Below, piece by piece: positions 12,201 through 23,800 of a stretch of 64,000 bases of DNA. Source of the stretch: Antedon mediterranea (lineage: Eukaryota; Animalia; Echinodermata); assembly GCF_964355755.1 (NCBI RefSeq), contig NC_092673.1, positions 20,829,648-20,893,647 on the forward strand, read 5' to 3'. The notes under the pieces were generated by a model. The model was not told the origin of the DNA. It saw only the letters and a program-made list of their open reading frames with translations, and searched no databases. Made by a program: the position numbers and the translations under genes. Position 1 is the first letter of the stretch. The number at the start of each line of letters is the position of its first letter.

Positions 12201-15200
12201 GGCATGATGATGTCGTATCACTACCATATTTGGGCACAGAGCTTTAACAATTTAGTTCAATTCAAACAATTCAAAAGGAAGTACACTGACTGTAAATATT
12301 AATATTATCTGAGAGAAGTGTGATGTGCCCAAATATGGTAGAGATATGACATCATCATGCCCATATACATTATATCACATTTTGTCACATACAGTTAGTT
12401 TGAATGTAGACAGAGCTTTTATTTGTGATGTGCCCAACATGTGCAGTAGACATCATCATGTCCATATGGGCACCTCACTTTTTTTGTCAAACTAGTCTGA
12501 TAATGTAGACAGAGCTTTTATTTGTGATGTGCCCAACATGTGCAGTAGACATCATCATGTCCATATGGGCACCTCACTTTTTTTGTCAAACTAGTCTGAT
12601 AGTGTAGACAGAGCTTTTATTTGTGATGTGCCCAAATATGTCAGTGATGCAGTAGACATCATCATGTCCATATATGGGCACATCACATTTTTTGTCAAAC
12701 TAGTCTGATAGTGTAGACAGAGCTTTAAAATGCAGTCTCACTGTTCCTCACATTTTATCAAATCTCTTTTACTGTAGACATATTTGATTCAAGAAAAGTA
12801 ACAATTTTTATCTATTTTTAGCAAAAAAATGAAGTTAATAACGTTTTCCTAATACTTGTGTCAGTATTATATATATTATAGAGCAACTCTATATACAAAA
12901 TTCTTTTAAAGTTGACACAGTATTTGATTCAAGAAAAGTAGTAATTTTTTTGATATATTTTTATCATTAACTAGAAGTTTGTGAATGTTTCCTATTATAC
13001 CTGTGTACGTATGATATATCAAAGAGCAACTGTATATTAAAAATTCTTATAAAGTTTACACTGTATTTGATTTAGGAAAAGTAACAATTTTGATCTATTT
13101 TTAGAAAAAATTAAGTTTACAGTACGAATGTCGTTTTCATAATACCATGTCATTATGATATATCATAGACCAACTCTATATTAAAAATTCTTCTAAAGCT
13201 GACACAGTAAAATTTGATTCAAGAAAAGTAGCAATTTTGATCTATTTTTATCATGAACTACTGTAGAAGTTTGTGAATGTCATTTTCATATTACCTGCTT
13301 ATGTATAATATATCATAGAGCAAGCTATATAAAAATAATTCTAAAGCTGACACTGTATTTGATTCAAGAAATTTTGATATATTTTTATACTTTTTTATAT
13401 TCTGTGTCAGAATGATATCATAGAGCAACTTTATTATCAAAAATCCTGTTGACACAGAATTTGATTGAAGAAAATTAATAATTTTCATCTATTTTTATCA
13501 TATCTGAAAGTTTATAAATGACGTTTTCATACCTGTATGATAAATTAAATCCCTCTAAAGTATATGCAGCATCACTATAAAAATGTAAATAAGCATATCC
13601 AGATGTAGCTCTCAGTTCATGTTCTACCTCTACATCTTGATGTTTTATAAGACCACTGTGAACATAATTAATATTGATGAACACATTAATAAAACATTTC
13701 CTTAATAAAACTTTAAATTAGCCACCCCTATAGATTTTATTATAAATTTAAATTATTCAGGTGGCTTCAGTTGCCTCTTAGGATATCAACAAAGTTTATA
13801 AAATTATCAATTATTAGTGGATTGAGATATGTACAACTATTAGGCCTCTCCTGAGTGATTTTAGTATGCTAAAGCCATATATCCCTTCAACTGTAACACT
13901 TATTTTAGACTATTTCAATCAATTTTTAAAAAGAAATTCAATAAAAAATGTCATATGAGACAAATTAAAAATATGAAATGTCACAACAAATTTGCTTTAA
14001 ATAGGGTAAAGGGTTTTTTCACAAAAATTTAAAATTCTTGATCAAGACAGAACTAGATTACAAAATACTGTATACTGTGGATAAGCATTTAAATGACCAA
14101 GAAAATGAAATAAAAATAGGAAATATGATTGATGTCCATGGAAACCATATTTATGATAATGAGGTATTATTATGAACCATTATGTTATTAAACTTGTTTG
14201 CAGAAAACAAATTATTTGTCTGAAGTCAAATCAGTTTCTATAAATTATATATTTCAGTTTCTTATGTTAAATTTATACAGTCAAACAAGAATGATTTCAA
14301 TGAAAAAAAAACAATCCATTGACTTTTGTTGACTTTTTTCTTTAAATTACGATTTTATTGGTAAATATTTTTGTTTACAATTCAATTTATGGTCTATATT
14401 ATAGCAATATTCATTTACTGTATTGTAGCATATTCAACAACAAATTCAAGGTATGTTGAATTTGTGCTGTAAGTTTGTTTAAAAAAACTTTATATTAAAC
14501 AAAACAAAAATGTTTTCAAAGTATTTTTTAGAGGGGCTTTATCTTTTAAAGTTTAGTAAGTAAAACCAGGTGTCCATTAAAACAAGCAAGACAAAACAAG
14601 AGTCAATTCAACAGACATTACAAACTGCATTACTCAACGATTTAAAATAAACCATGGGAGTTGAAGAACGTATTACTCACCTAAAGGCAGCTAATTGGGG
14701 AGAGAACACTGAGTCACCATCATACACATAGAGGTAATCCCAGCTACATTCTGTTGAGAAATCTTCTAGTTTCAAATCTATTGTTGACCCAATCCTTGGA
14801 AAATAAACAGGAGATTTATAATATAATAAGCAAACATTATAAATCCACACTTTTTTATACTTGTGTAATTTTGTTCTTTCATTGCAAATGTCATACGTGC
14901 AGAGAAACAATAAACACAAATAAGGGTAGAGTACTGCACTGCATTTAAATTGTTCAAATCTATTGTTGACCAAATAATTGGAAAATAATCAAAATAAGAA
15001 CAGGAGATTTATAATAAGCAAAAATTATAAATGCACACGTTTTACTACCTAGTATAATTTTGTTCTTTCATTATTGTAAATTTTATGTGTGTGCAGAGAA
15101 ACAATAAACACAAATAAGGGTAGAGTACTGCACTGCATTTAAATTGTTCAAATCTATTGTTTTGTATTGTACTGTGACCAAATTATTGGAAAATAATCAA

Positions 15201-18200
15201 TAAAAACAGAATATTCTAAATTATAATAAGCAAAAATTATAAATAGAATGGTAGTACTATGCTGCATTTAAATCTTCTACTTTCATTTAAATCAATTTTT
15301 TAATCATTGAAAAATAATCCACAAAAATAGGAGATACTGTATACCTATGCAGAAATTCTAAATGCAAGAAAATATAAATATACAATCAAATCGACAAAAA
15401 AATATCAAAATACTGGATAGAAAATTCCAATCATGAACGAATTAGTTTGGACCTACAGAACATTAGTTTTAGTATGATAGCGTCTTCATGATGCACCACT
15501 CGATGCTTTGCGGCTATCATGTCAAAGAGTCACTCTGTCCACGCTCACAAACACATGCATACAGTAGATGAGTGTTACTGTAGCCCATGGAGGTGGTATA
15601 AATGCCTCTACAAGTATGTAACTTCATATTCTAAAGCTGCATAGTCGCTAGTGCCGTAGTACAAACTACACTGTTATGTACAGTACAGTACTAGGAGAGT
15701 CTTCTTAAGCTCTGTCTACACTATCAAACTAGTTTCACAAAACATGTGTGATGTTCCTAGTAACATGATGTCATCGTGTACATGGGAACATCACATTTTT
15801 TTGTCACATAAATTTTGATAGAGCTTTATAGTATACAGGCTTCTCCACTTTACAATCCCATAATTTTTGTATTTGCATCAAAAAATGTTTATACATGAAC
15901 AATTCTAAGCAGTACTTTTCAATTTTTTTTTTTTTTATACTGATCTGTACGTACTTTCCACTATCTAACAACCAGGTGCATTTACTGTTTGTAGAGTAAA
16001 CATCTAGAGATTCATGAATGTAACCAGATGTAGAATTCAATCTAAAAAAAATAAAAAGAATAGCATTTTAATTTGTAAATTGAACAATAGTTATGGTAAC
16101 ATTAATATTTATTTGTTTCCCAATGCATAATAATAATATGCTAAAATACCAAAAAGAATCTGCAATCATTCCATAGAGTAAAACAAAACAAAAATGAGCA
16201 AGAGAAATTCTAAACTGCCCAGCGCTGATACTGTAAAATCGAAAAATAAATAAAATTGTGATATATGTATAAATTATAATTATATAAAGACATTTTGCTA
16301 TTGAATATCCAATCAATGACATGTTACTGTAATTAATACATTTTTTCAGGGAACTTTTCCCCAGAGAATTTATAAAATTCATGGATAGCACTTGAAATGA
16401 AGAACAATCAAATATAGCAATCCACAAACAAACTGTATCACATAGCTGTTTTGTTTACTTGTATCATAACAAGATGTAAAGCTATGAATGTTTATCTAAA
16501 AAAGTCAAATGATGGCAAGGAATTATGTCAATAAACAACAACTTTATGCTTTCCTTAATGCTACATGTTAATGTGCATATCATTATCAGTTTAAAAAAAA
16601 ATGTTTGACCTACATAAACATTGATAAATGTTCAGAAATATATGCAAATTTAGCTTTCAATATTATGTGGATATAATTGATTTTGCGTTGACCTATATTA
16701 CTAAAGTAGTTTCATGTTTTTTAATTACCGTAATAGTGCAAGTCAGTAGAAACAGTACTGTAGACCCAACTGTACTATACTGTACATTACTGTACATACT
16801 GCCAAAGTATGGCATATTTGCTGTTTAAGAATATTAATGGACCTACTGTAACATAACATGTACAGTAATTAAGAATATTAAAATGTTATTCATACACAAA
16901 CAATATTTACGGTCAAAAATATTTATTTTGTAAAACATAATTTAACATGAATTTCAACAGTAAATTATATTCATCTCTGCTTGTCAATACGATATTTTTT
17001 ATTTATTATTTTGTCCTTTTTGCTAAATAAATTAAATGAAAAAATATAATATTTGTTTTGAGGTTTCTATGGGTACTGTTGCCATACAGTACAGTCCTGT
17101 CCCATAATAATGATAACAACTGAATCACAAATGCAATTATTTTTACGGTAATGAACAATATTCAAATATCTGCTGTACGATTAATAATAAATATTGTTAA
17201 TGTTAATGTATTAGTTAATTACCAATTGACTTTCTCTAGAAATAGTAATTCATTTATTCTTGCATGAGGTTCAAACCCGCGATCTCTATAATTAGGTTTA
17301 TAATTGAAGAATAGAAACATAACAGTTACTACCAAAATGTACATTTTTAGATCTCCAAAACAGAAAGTTCTACTCCACATATATTAATCCAGTAAATAGT
17401 ATTTATGTGTAATACTTTATACTACATCTAGAATATTCTTTTTTAGCTTCAACACTGTAGCTTAGCTACCATAAGCATTAGTTTATAACTATGCATACTC
17501 TTACTAAGAAATATTTTTACTTGACGTTTGAATGTCATTCAATCAATTAAAATGTTTGTGTCATTGTTGAAGGTACAATACAATAAATCAAATAACAATA
17601 CTATGATGATATTGATAGTTTACAATTTGCTGTGTGGGTGTTTTCATGGATATACAGGCATGGTACTTCAAAAACAGCTTTCAATACAACATGAATATCG
17701 TCCAGCATGTTAAGGCTCTCTATCCATACTAAATAGGGGAAAATCATACTTTTAATGTCACCTTTTTTTTTTGTTCTCTTTCCCACCCTCTTTCCCCGTT
17801 TTATCTAATATTATTATTTGGATGAAAATATTTTCTGAAATAAAATGATCAATCACAAATTGAACTATGGATGTTCAGGGTAGAGAGATTTTAATCTAAA
17901 AAATGTATTTTTCAGTAAATAATATAATTTTAATATTGTACAAATTACAGTACAATTCCAAGGAATTGAGACTGTGCCTCTGATTTAAAAGAGATACAAT
18001 AAAAGTTCAGTTCAGTTCTGACTGGTGATTGTTGAAAACTGTGTTATTAGTAATTAACCGAGAGAAGAAGTACAGGTTATCTGTTGATAAATCAACAACT
18101 TATATAAATGGACTTTGTACTGTACCCTGTTATAAATTGTGTCAACAACCATGCACACTCAATCATATATTTATTGTGCAATTCATAATTAATATAACAA

Positions 18201-20427
18201 ACTAAAATTATTTTCTTAAAGTAAAATAAAAGCAATATACAACTATATAACAGAAGGTGGAATTAATCTGTATACTGTAGATATTAACAATCACACATGT
18301 TTGTCCCAAAATTTTGAAAACATCTTTATAGCAGGGCCGTACAACCTGACCATTTTTTCACAGAGAGGCCTTTGAAAACCATGTGGCCTTGCGACAACAA
18401 CCTTACCACTTTATTTCTTGTGGCTTCAGTACAACTATAACTCACATGATGGAAGACTAATAATAAATGGTTTGAAAATGCCTTTACTCAATCAAACAAT
18501 GTTTAATTATTTTGGAGAGAGGTTTGCTTACAGGCTTGTCTTCGGGGAACCAATTGTGGCATCAAATTAATTTGTAAATGAGATAATAAATGAGTTTTTT
18601 TTAGTGTTTATATTGTATGAATGAATATCATTAAGTAAAATTGGACACTCAGCAAACATATTCCATTTTCACATTCCCAAACAGAATCAAATAATAAATT
18701 ATGTTTCAAAACTACAGGTACAATAGTACTTTCATTAATTAAGTGGTTAAGGTTATTTAAGGGCAGTTGCTTTTCTTTTACCAAGTATGAATAATTTCGA
18801 TATTAAGTGAGCCAAATCCATTATAAGCTAAACGTTAGTCATTTGACGAACCTACTGTAGTGACGATGGTGCTTTTACTTATTAAATAGTCAACATAGTA
18901 TCTTCCTTTATTTGATGTCATCAACAATCAATATAGCTTATACTGTAATAATCATAATTTCCAGTCATTCATATGTAGTTATTGTTAAATTATGGCAATG
19001 TCTCAACAGAAACTGGTCACGAATGACTTTGCAAAGTTCACAGTTTGTTTGTTGAATTATAAAAAATATCAACTCATACACCTTTGCATTAATGTATAAT
19101 CATACAGGGAAAAATTTCATTTTAAAATTTTGTTTAGCAATATTGCTAATCAAACTGATTTTTGAGTCAAGAAACGTTTTTATTTTTTGCTACACAATTT
19201 TAGAAATGTGTAGCAATCAGGTTGTTTTGTATAGCTTTTTCCTATGCTACACTGGTGAAATTATCAAGCATCAATCAATTCATTAGGTTTTATGCAATGT
19301 ATTGTAATCAGATATGAATGATGGCAACAAATGTATTTATACACAAAACTTAAAGACTTAACATGATTGAAAAATATTTTAAAAACCAAGAGAAAATGTA
19401 AAAAAGGATGTAATAATAGAGATCACCAGGTACTAGAGACAATGCTAGCATTATTTACCTGTTATTAATTATTTTTACATAATGACATTGACATTGTACA
19501 TAACTTCTTCCATTGTTTAAATTTTTAATTGACATAAATGAAGTGACATAAAATGAAATTATGACAAGCAATTAACACCAACATATTATCAATCAAGTTC
19601 TTCAGCTGGTGTATAGTACTACTTTATTAGTTAGTATACTGAAGTAGTAGCATTATTACTCAGTAGTAGTATGCAAGTAAAATCATTCAGTAGTCAAGCA
19701 ATTTTTTACAGACTTATTTTCTTTTTTTAACAACTAAAACTGCCGAGTATTAATTAAATTTGTTTAATTTGTGTGTGGTTAGGTCCGGATCCGTTAAGTC
19801 ACTTTATTCAATCTAATATTAGCAATAAAGTCATCAACTTCCTGATTGTTGTCAGTGTTGACTATATTTATTAGTTTAACTTTAATAAATAGTATTAATT
19901 TCATAGTCCTTAGCTTAGGCTTTGATTTGTCAACTTGTAAACAATGTAAATATGCCTGTATGTAGATACCTTTGTAGCTTAATATATATACTGGCCAAGC
20001 CTTTCCCTAACCTTTTAAATAAAATTATTAAATAATAAAATAAATATTAAATTTTAAAAAATAATATTTATATAATATAATACTAGTACTAGGAGTACCT
20101 AATTAAATACTCTGCTTTTTTTCAAATGCCACTACACGAGAAAGTTTAAAAGTAGACTGGAATTTAAAGCTAGGCCTAGGCTGACGAAGCCTACCTGTCT
20201 GTAGGCTAGTTCGTCAAGTTTACTTAACGACCCACCGAAGAAACCTACCTTATCCTGCCACCACAATGATCACATTTATCACCTATCCAGCCTGGATTAC
20301 ATATGCAATTTCCCTCTGAACAAACACCGTTTAGACAATCGCCTTCAGTGTGATTGCAGCTTTTGACAATGACATTAAATACTAAAGAAATATACAATAA
20401 ACTTATACATATATGTTTTAAATACAT
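256..20427 (-). CDS. ATRN: Attractin / attractin-like 1 family protein (signal peptide-EGF-CUB-EGF-kelch repeats-PSI-laminin EGF); 5' 17 exons, gene continues past the left edge
   Basis: Exons (all GT-AG, frame continuous): 20249-20427, 15955-16041, 14681-14794, 13533-13655, 11099-11271, 10563-10719, 9522-9612, 6514-6733, 4816-4993, 4014-4168, 3447-3599, 2567-2820, 2047-2167, 1697-1876, 1202-1402, 859-930, 256-415. Attractin-type motifs: CDHCGGR, KCTWL, FSTECSWDYLYVYDGDS, HFYSDAAY, PRYLHSAV, GAKCYS, SFPYGLCMEW, CGWCDDGSGTG, CQCNGHS, CYCTTKGI. ATRN vs ATRNL1 orthology cannot be resolved. Confidence 0.95.
472..626. mobile_element. PIF/Harbinger-type MITE, family A (TIR AGCTCTGTCTACACTATCAAACT)
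   Basis: Inverted termini, TAA target duplication at 469-471 and 627-629. Other copies: ~12152-12245, 12315-12726, 15708-15826, 27060-27196, 28997-29154, 31137-31290, 33361-33809, 34855-34950, 43771-43937, 49390-49523. Confidence 0.85.
1500..1660. repeat. Purine-rich minisatellite (GGAAGAGA(A)TGGGAT)n
   Basis: About 11 degenerate 14-15 bp units. Confidence 0.9.
2945..3424. repeat. TA-flanked MITE-like element with internal ~70-80 bp tandem repeats (GGGGACACC)
   Basis: Repeated TAACACTATGGCCAACCCC..TTCAGGGGACACCCCATA.TTAAGGGGACACTT. Ends AGAAGTTCTACTGTA. Confidence 0.75.
3605..3910 (-). mobile_element. Internal fragment of the 8577-9203 element abutting the attractin exon 11 acceptor
   Basis: Reverse complement aligns with ~8620-8930 (AATACAAATTGGGG.AAACCCGGTATTTT, CTAGCTAGGCTTAGTTTTGTAG). 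Confidence 0.75.
5183..6155. mobile_element. Non-autonomous DNA element with TAG...CTA ends, terminal hairpins and 9-bp TSD (AcademH-like, tentative)
   Basis: TSD GTCTAGTGC at 5174-5182 and 6156-6164. End hairpins AGACTTG/CAAGTCT and GTCTGG/CCAGAC. Related pieces at 7466-7590 and 45398-45490. Confidence 0.7.
6289..6360 (-). pseudogene. 5S rRNA-derived fragment (3' part; pseudogene or SINE3 head remnant)
   Basis: Minus strand reads GAAGTTAAGCAACGTTGAGCCTGGTTAG.GCTTGGATGGGAGACC...GAATAC..GGTGCTGTA, matching the 5S internal control region and 3' end. The 5' ~45 nt are absent. Confidence 0.8.
8160..8400. repeat. 54-bp tandem repeat (~3.8 copies) inside a TACAGTCAACTCT-type MITE
   Basis: AATACCAGACACCCTTGGGTTGGCC...CTCTCTC unit. 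Related termini at 9300-9374, 10200-10320 and 29643-29800. Confidence 0.85.
8577..9203. mobile_element. Kolobok-type non-autonomous DNA transposon (TTAA target)
   Basis: TTAA|AGACCCCTTCCCT...AGGGAAGGGGGCT|TTAA. An internal fragment occurs inverted at ~3605-3910, and the right end at ~33962-34045. Confidence 0.75.
9652..9820. mobile_element. Harbinger-type MITE
   Basis: TAA|AGGCCAATTAACACAGATGAGCGG ... CCGTTCATCTGTGTAAATTTGCCT|TAA. Confidence 0.7.
10335..10510 (-). mobile_element. SINE fragment, same core as 32347-32640
   Basis: Minus strand TATAAGCACTGTAAACCGTAGGTCCAG.GTACAC, with an (AAAT)n-like tail. Confidence 0.6.
11439..11775. mobile_element. MITE family C copy
   Basis: TTAAGGATGTATTGTCCCC ... 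GGACAATATATCTTTAA. Confidence 0.7.
12315..12726. repeat. Head-to-tail tandem array of MITE family A right halves (~100-110 bp unit, 4 copies)
   Basis: Repeated GTGATGTGCCCAA...CATCATCATGTCCATAT...GTAGACAGAGCTTT blocks. Confidence 0.85.
12780..13540. repeat. ~143-bp tandem repeat (5-6 copies) ending in the attractin exon 4 donor
   Basis: TTTGATTCAAGAAAAGTA-like anchor at ~12783, 12924, 13066, 13213, 13358, 13460. Confidence 0.8.
14772..15340. repeat. ~185-bp tandem triplication overlapping the attractin exon 3 acceptor
   Basis: TCAAATCTATTGTT anchor at 14772, 14954 and 15148. Confidence 0.8.
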
Positions 20428-20852
20428 AACAATCGAGAAACGTTGCCTAAACTTGAATTTTACAAATTAAAATCAATCCACAATAATTCTATCATCGCCA
20501 AATCTTGTTATATTATTTACTCTTCTTATCTTCGATGATTCTAACATCCGGGAACTTCTGTTATTGATCAGTAAAATACAAACAAATACAATAAATAAAT
20601 AATCTAAATCTTAAAAGTTTATTAATTAAAAATGTCAATATACAAAACATTAATATTAAATTTTTAAATTAAATTTAAACAAATATTTAGTAGGACAATA
20701 TAGTATATAAATACATTAGATAAACATTTAATGTTAATCATAATGCACAATCAATGGTAAAGGTCAAACACATGTTGTTCTGGTGGAGAGTGGCACTTGG
20801 TTAATTATTTTCAGAGAAAATCTTTGATTAATTTGACGAAAAGAAGGGCGAG
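20428..20852. promoter_or_regulatory. Putative bidirectional promoter, attractin / NOC3L
   Basis: About 425 bp between two divergent ATGs (20427 on -, 20853 on +). Confidence 0.6.
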
Positions 20853-23800
20853 ATGAAAGTAAAATCATAATTTAATTACTGATTACTTTTTAGTTTATAC
20901 ATTTAAAAATTTTAGATTATTTAAAGCTACGTTTTATTAGTTATGTAATCCCTACTACTAGCCTACTACCTAAATAATAGGCCTAGGGCCTAGTAGTAGT
21001 AGGCCTACTTCTATCTAGCCTAGTAGAGTAGTAGTAGTACTAGGCCTATAGTAGGCTATAGTCTGCTGTCTGTGTTGTTGTCAGTAGTGTAGTGAATCAA
21101 ACCAGCCGACGTTCACAGGACATACAGAGCGTACGGGAACATCACGAAGAGGGCCTCTAGTTATATCGCTCTGTCCGTATTGATCTGATACTGGCCTGGG
21201 ATGGTTTGCTTAGTGTTAATAAGCTGCCTAATAAGCTTAATCAATGTATATTATAAGCCATTCATAGGCCTACTAGGCCTGATAAGTGCTAACTTAACTA
21301 TCAGTAGACTTTTTCGGTTAAGTTAACGCTAAGCTAAGAGTTAATCTATAATAATAGAATATAGCCTACGAGGATATGTCACATGATTATGATAATATAA
21401 TAATAAGGGGCGCTACCTAGTTCCGTTTCGCACCTGTCATTTTTTTCGACTCAAAATGTGTTAAGAAACTTTATCGTGAGTACCACACCTTAGAATTAGG
21501 CCTCAAAAATACTTTTACGAAGGAGATCACACAAAAAGTAAAAAATAAATGCTTTAAATTGATGAATTTACAGACGTGTTTCTCGCACATCGGTTCCATA
21601 CGCCATGTTCAATGTTGTAGTTTTTATGGAGCGCCAAAAGAGCAATCATAATAGAGGCCTAAAAACTCAATATAATGCGTATATTTAATGCATTTATTGG
21701 TGAAAATTACGTTCAATTTTAATATATTTTGTCAATGTCAATGCAAAAAAAAATGTTACTGTTGATACTGTACATGCTTTTCGCAGTTTTCGTTAACTTT
21801 TAAGAATGAAAATCGACAAATTCATCATCATATTACATGTATTGTAGTTTTTATACCTCAATGATCTAAATAATATTCCTCTTAGTCTTAGGCCTAGGCT
21901 ACTGTAGGTAGTGATGCTGATTTAGGCCTAGGGTTTTGTTGCATTGACATTTACAAAATACAGTATATTAAAATTGAACATAATTTTCACCAATAAATGC
22001 ATTAAATATACGCATTATATTGAGTTTTTAGCCCTCTATTATGATTGCTCCTTTGGCGCTCCATAGAAACAACAACATTGAACATGGCGTATGCGAAATT
22101 GATGAACCGATGTGCGAGAAACACGTCTGTAAATTCATCAATTTAAAGCATTTATTTTTTACTTTTTGTGTGATCTCCTTCGTAAAAGTATTTTTGAGGC
22201 CTAATTCTAAGGTGTGGTACTAATGATAAAGTTTCTTAACACATTTTGAGTCGAAACAAATGACAGGTGCGAAACGGAACTAGCGCCTAATAAGGTTAGT
22301 TCTGCACGGTACAGGAAGATTGTGTTCAATTGTACACGTAAATGTTTTGACTATTATATATTATTACCATAGTCGACCTTGTGTAATATAATAATTAATA
22401 TCGTGATCGTCATGATGCATGTTCGTCTATGCAAATGTTCTCAACAAAAAATATTGAATAGTCGACTGCACTATTAATCATGCTTATTCAGCTAGGATGC
22501 CTAATGTGTACTCCTTTTTTTTCTTCAGAAATTATCAAAGAAATCAACAAAACCTAAGTTGAGTTTAGTTAAGAAAACCAACATTGGAAAGAACAAACCA
22601 CCAAGACATTTTAACAGACGTGTGGCCAAAAAATCTGGAAAACCAATTAACAAAATCGAAATAAACTCATCAAGCAAGTCAGACAGACATAAACAAAACC
22701 ACAAAGCAAGACAGACTGTTAAAACAACCAGAGGAACAGATACAGTTAAAGAAAAGAACATCGCAGAGCCCATAAAGACCAATGCAGAGGTAGAGAGTGA
22801 TGATGGAAGAAGTGAAGAAGAATTAGATGAAGAAGATTTGTCATATTTTGAATCTGAAGGAAGAAACGCTCAATTTATGTTGGAAGTTCAGGACAGGTAC
22901 CCACACAGTCTGCATTATTATAAACAAGAATTACATTTAAAAAATATTATTTATAATAATAAAATAATACCGTATATCTTGGTATAATCCCACCCCCTAG
23001 AACACGAAATTGGGTCAACTTTGGAGTGTGGGACTCGGGGAAACCCAGCCCTGGTTTAGAAAAAAAAATGATTGTTAAAGCATTTTTTGTAAAAACTCAT
23101 CTGAACTGAATAAAGAGAGGCCTATATCCAGACTAAAAGTCAATACTGGGACTATACCCGGGGATATGCCTGTTTGTGAAATTAGACAAAAAGTAGGGGT
23201 GGGATTATATCCAAGGATATACGGTAATGTTTTAGTGCACTAGTCTATTTGAAAGTTTTTATCTAACAACAATTCAAATAAACTCACAATTACATATATT
23301 CTTTTCAAGTAATTTTAGCCAGCAGCGTAAACGGAAACGAGAAAAAGAAAACCAATTGGAGGCATATGAACAGGTACCTAGAGAGCTTGAAGAAACAGAT
23401 CCAAGAAAAAAATTGAAAGCTTTACTCCCGCTCAAACACAAAAGTGGTCTTGAATATCGATGGGAACAAAAAAATGATGTTGTAGAAGATATCTCAGAGC
23501 AGGATGATCCAACTAATAATCATGGTAAGGATTAAAAACTGAAAACATATTTGTAATTTAATGATAAAATATGTATTTTCCCCAAAAAACACGAAAAATG
23601 AAGATAATAAAATCATATTTTGACAGTTTTAATAAGGTTAATCACTTCTGCAGAAAAAAAACCAAATAATGTTTTCATTTTAAAAAAGACAAAACAATTT
23701 GTTACTTATTTTTGGGGTAAAACAATGATTGATAAACCCTGCCAACCTCCATAAAAACATAGCAAACCCCATGAAAACCAAATAAAAGTGATTGAATCAT

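Noticed and set aside
16068-16427. 119-aa hydrophobic ORF
   Set aside because: AT-rich intronic sequence with no recognisable motif or splice support.
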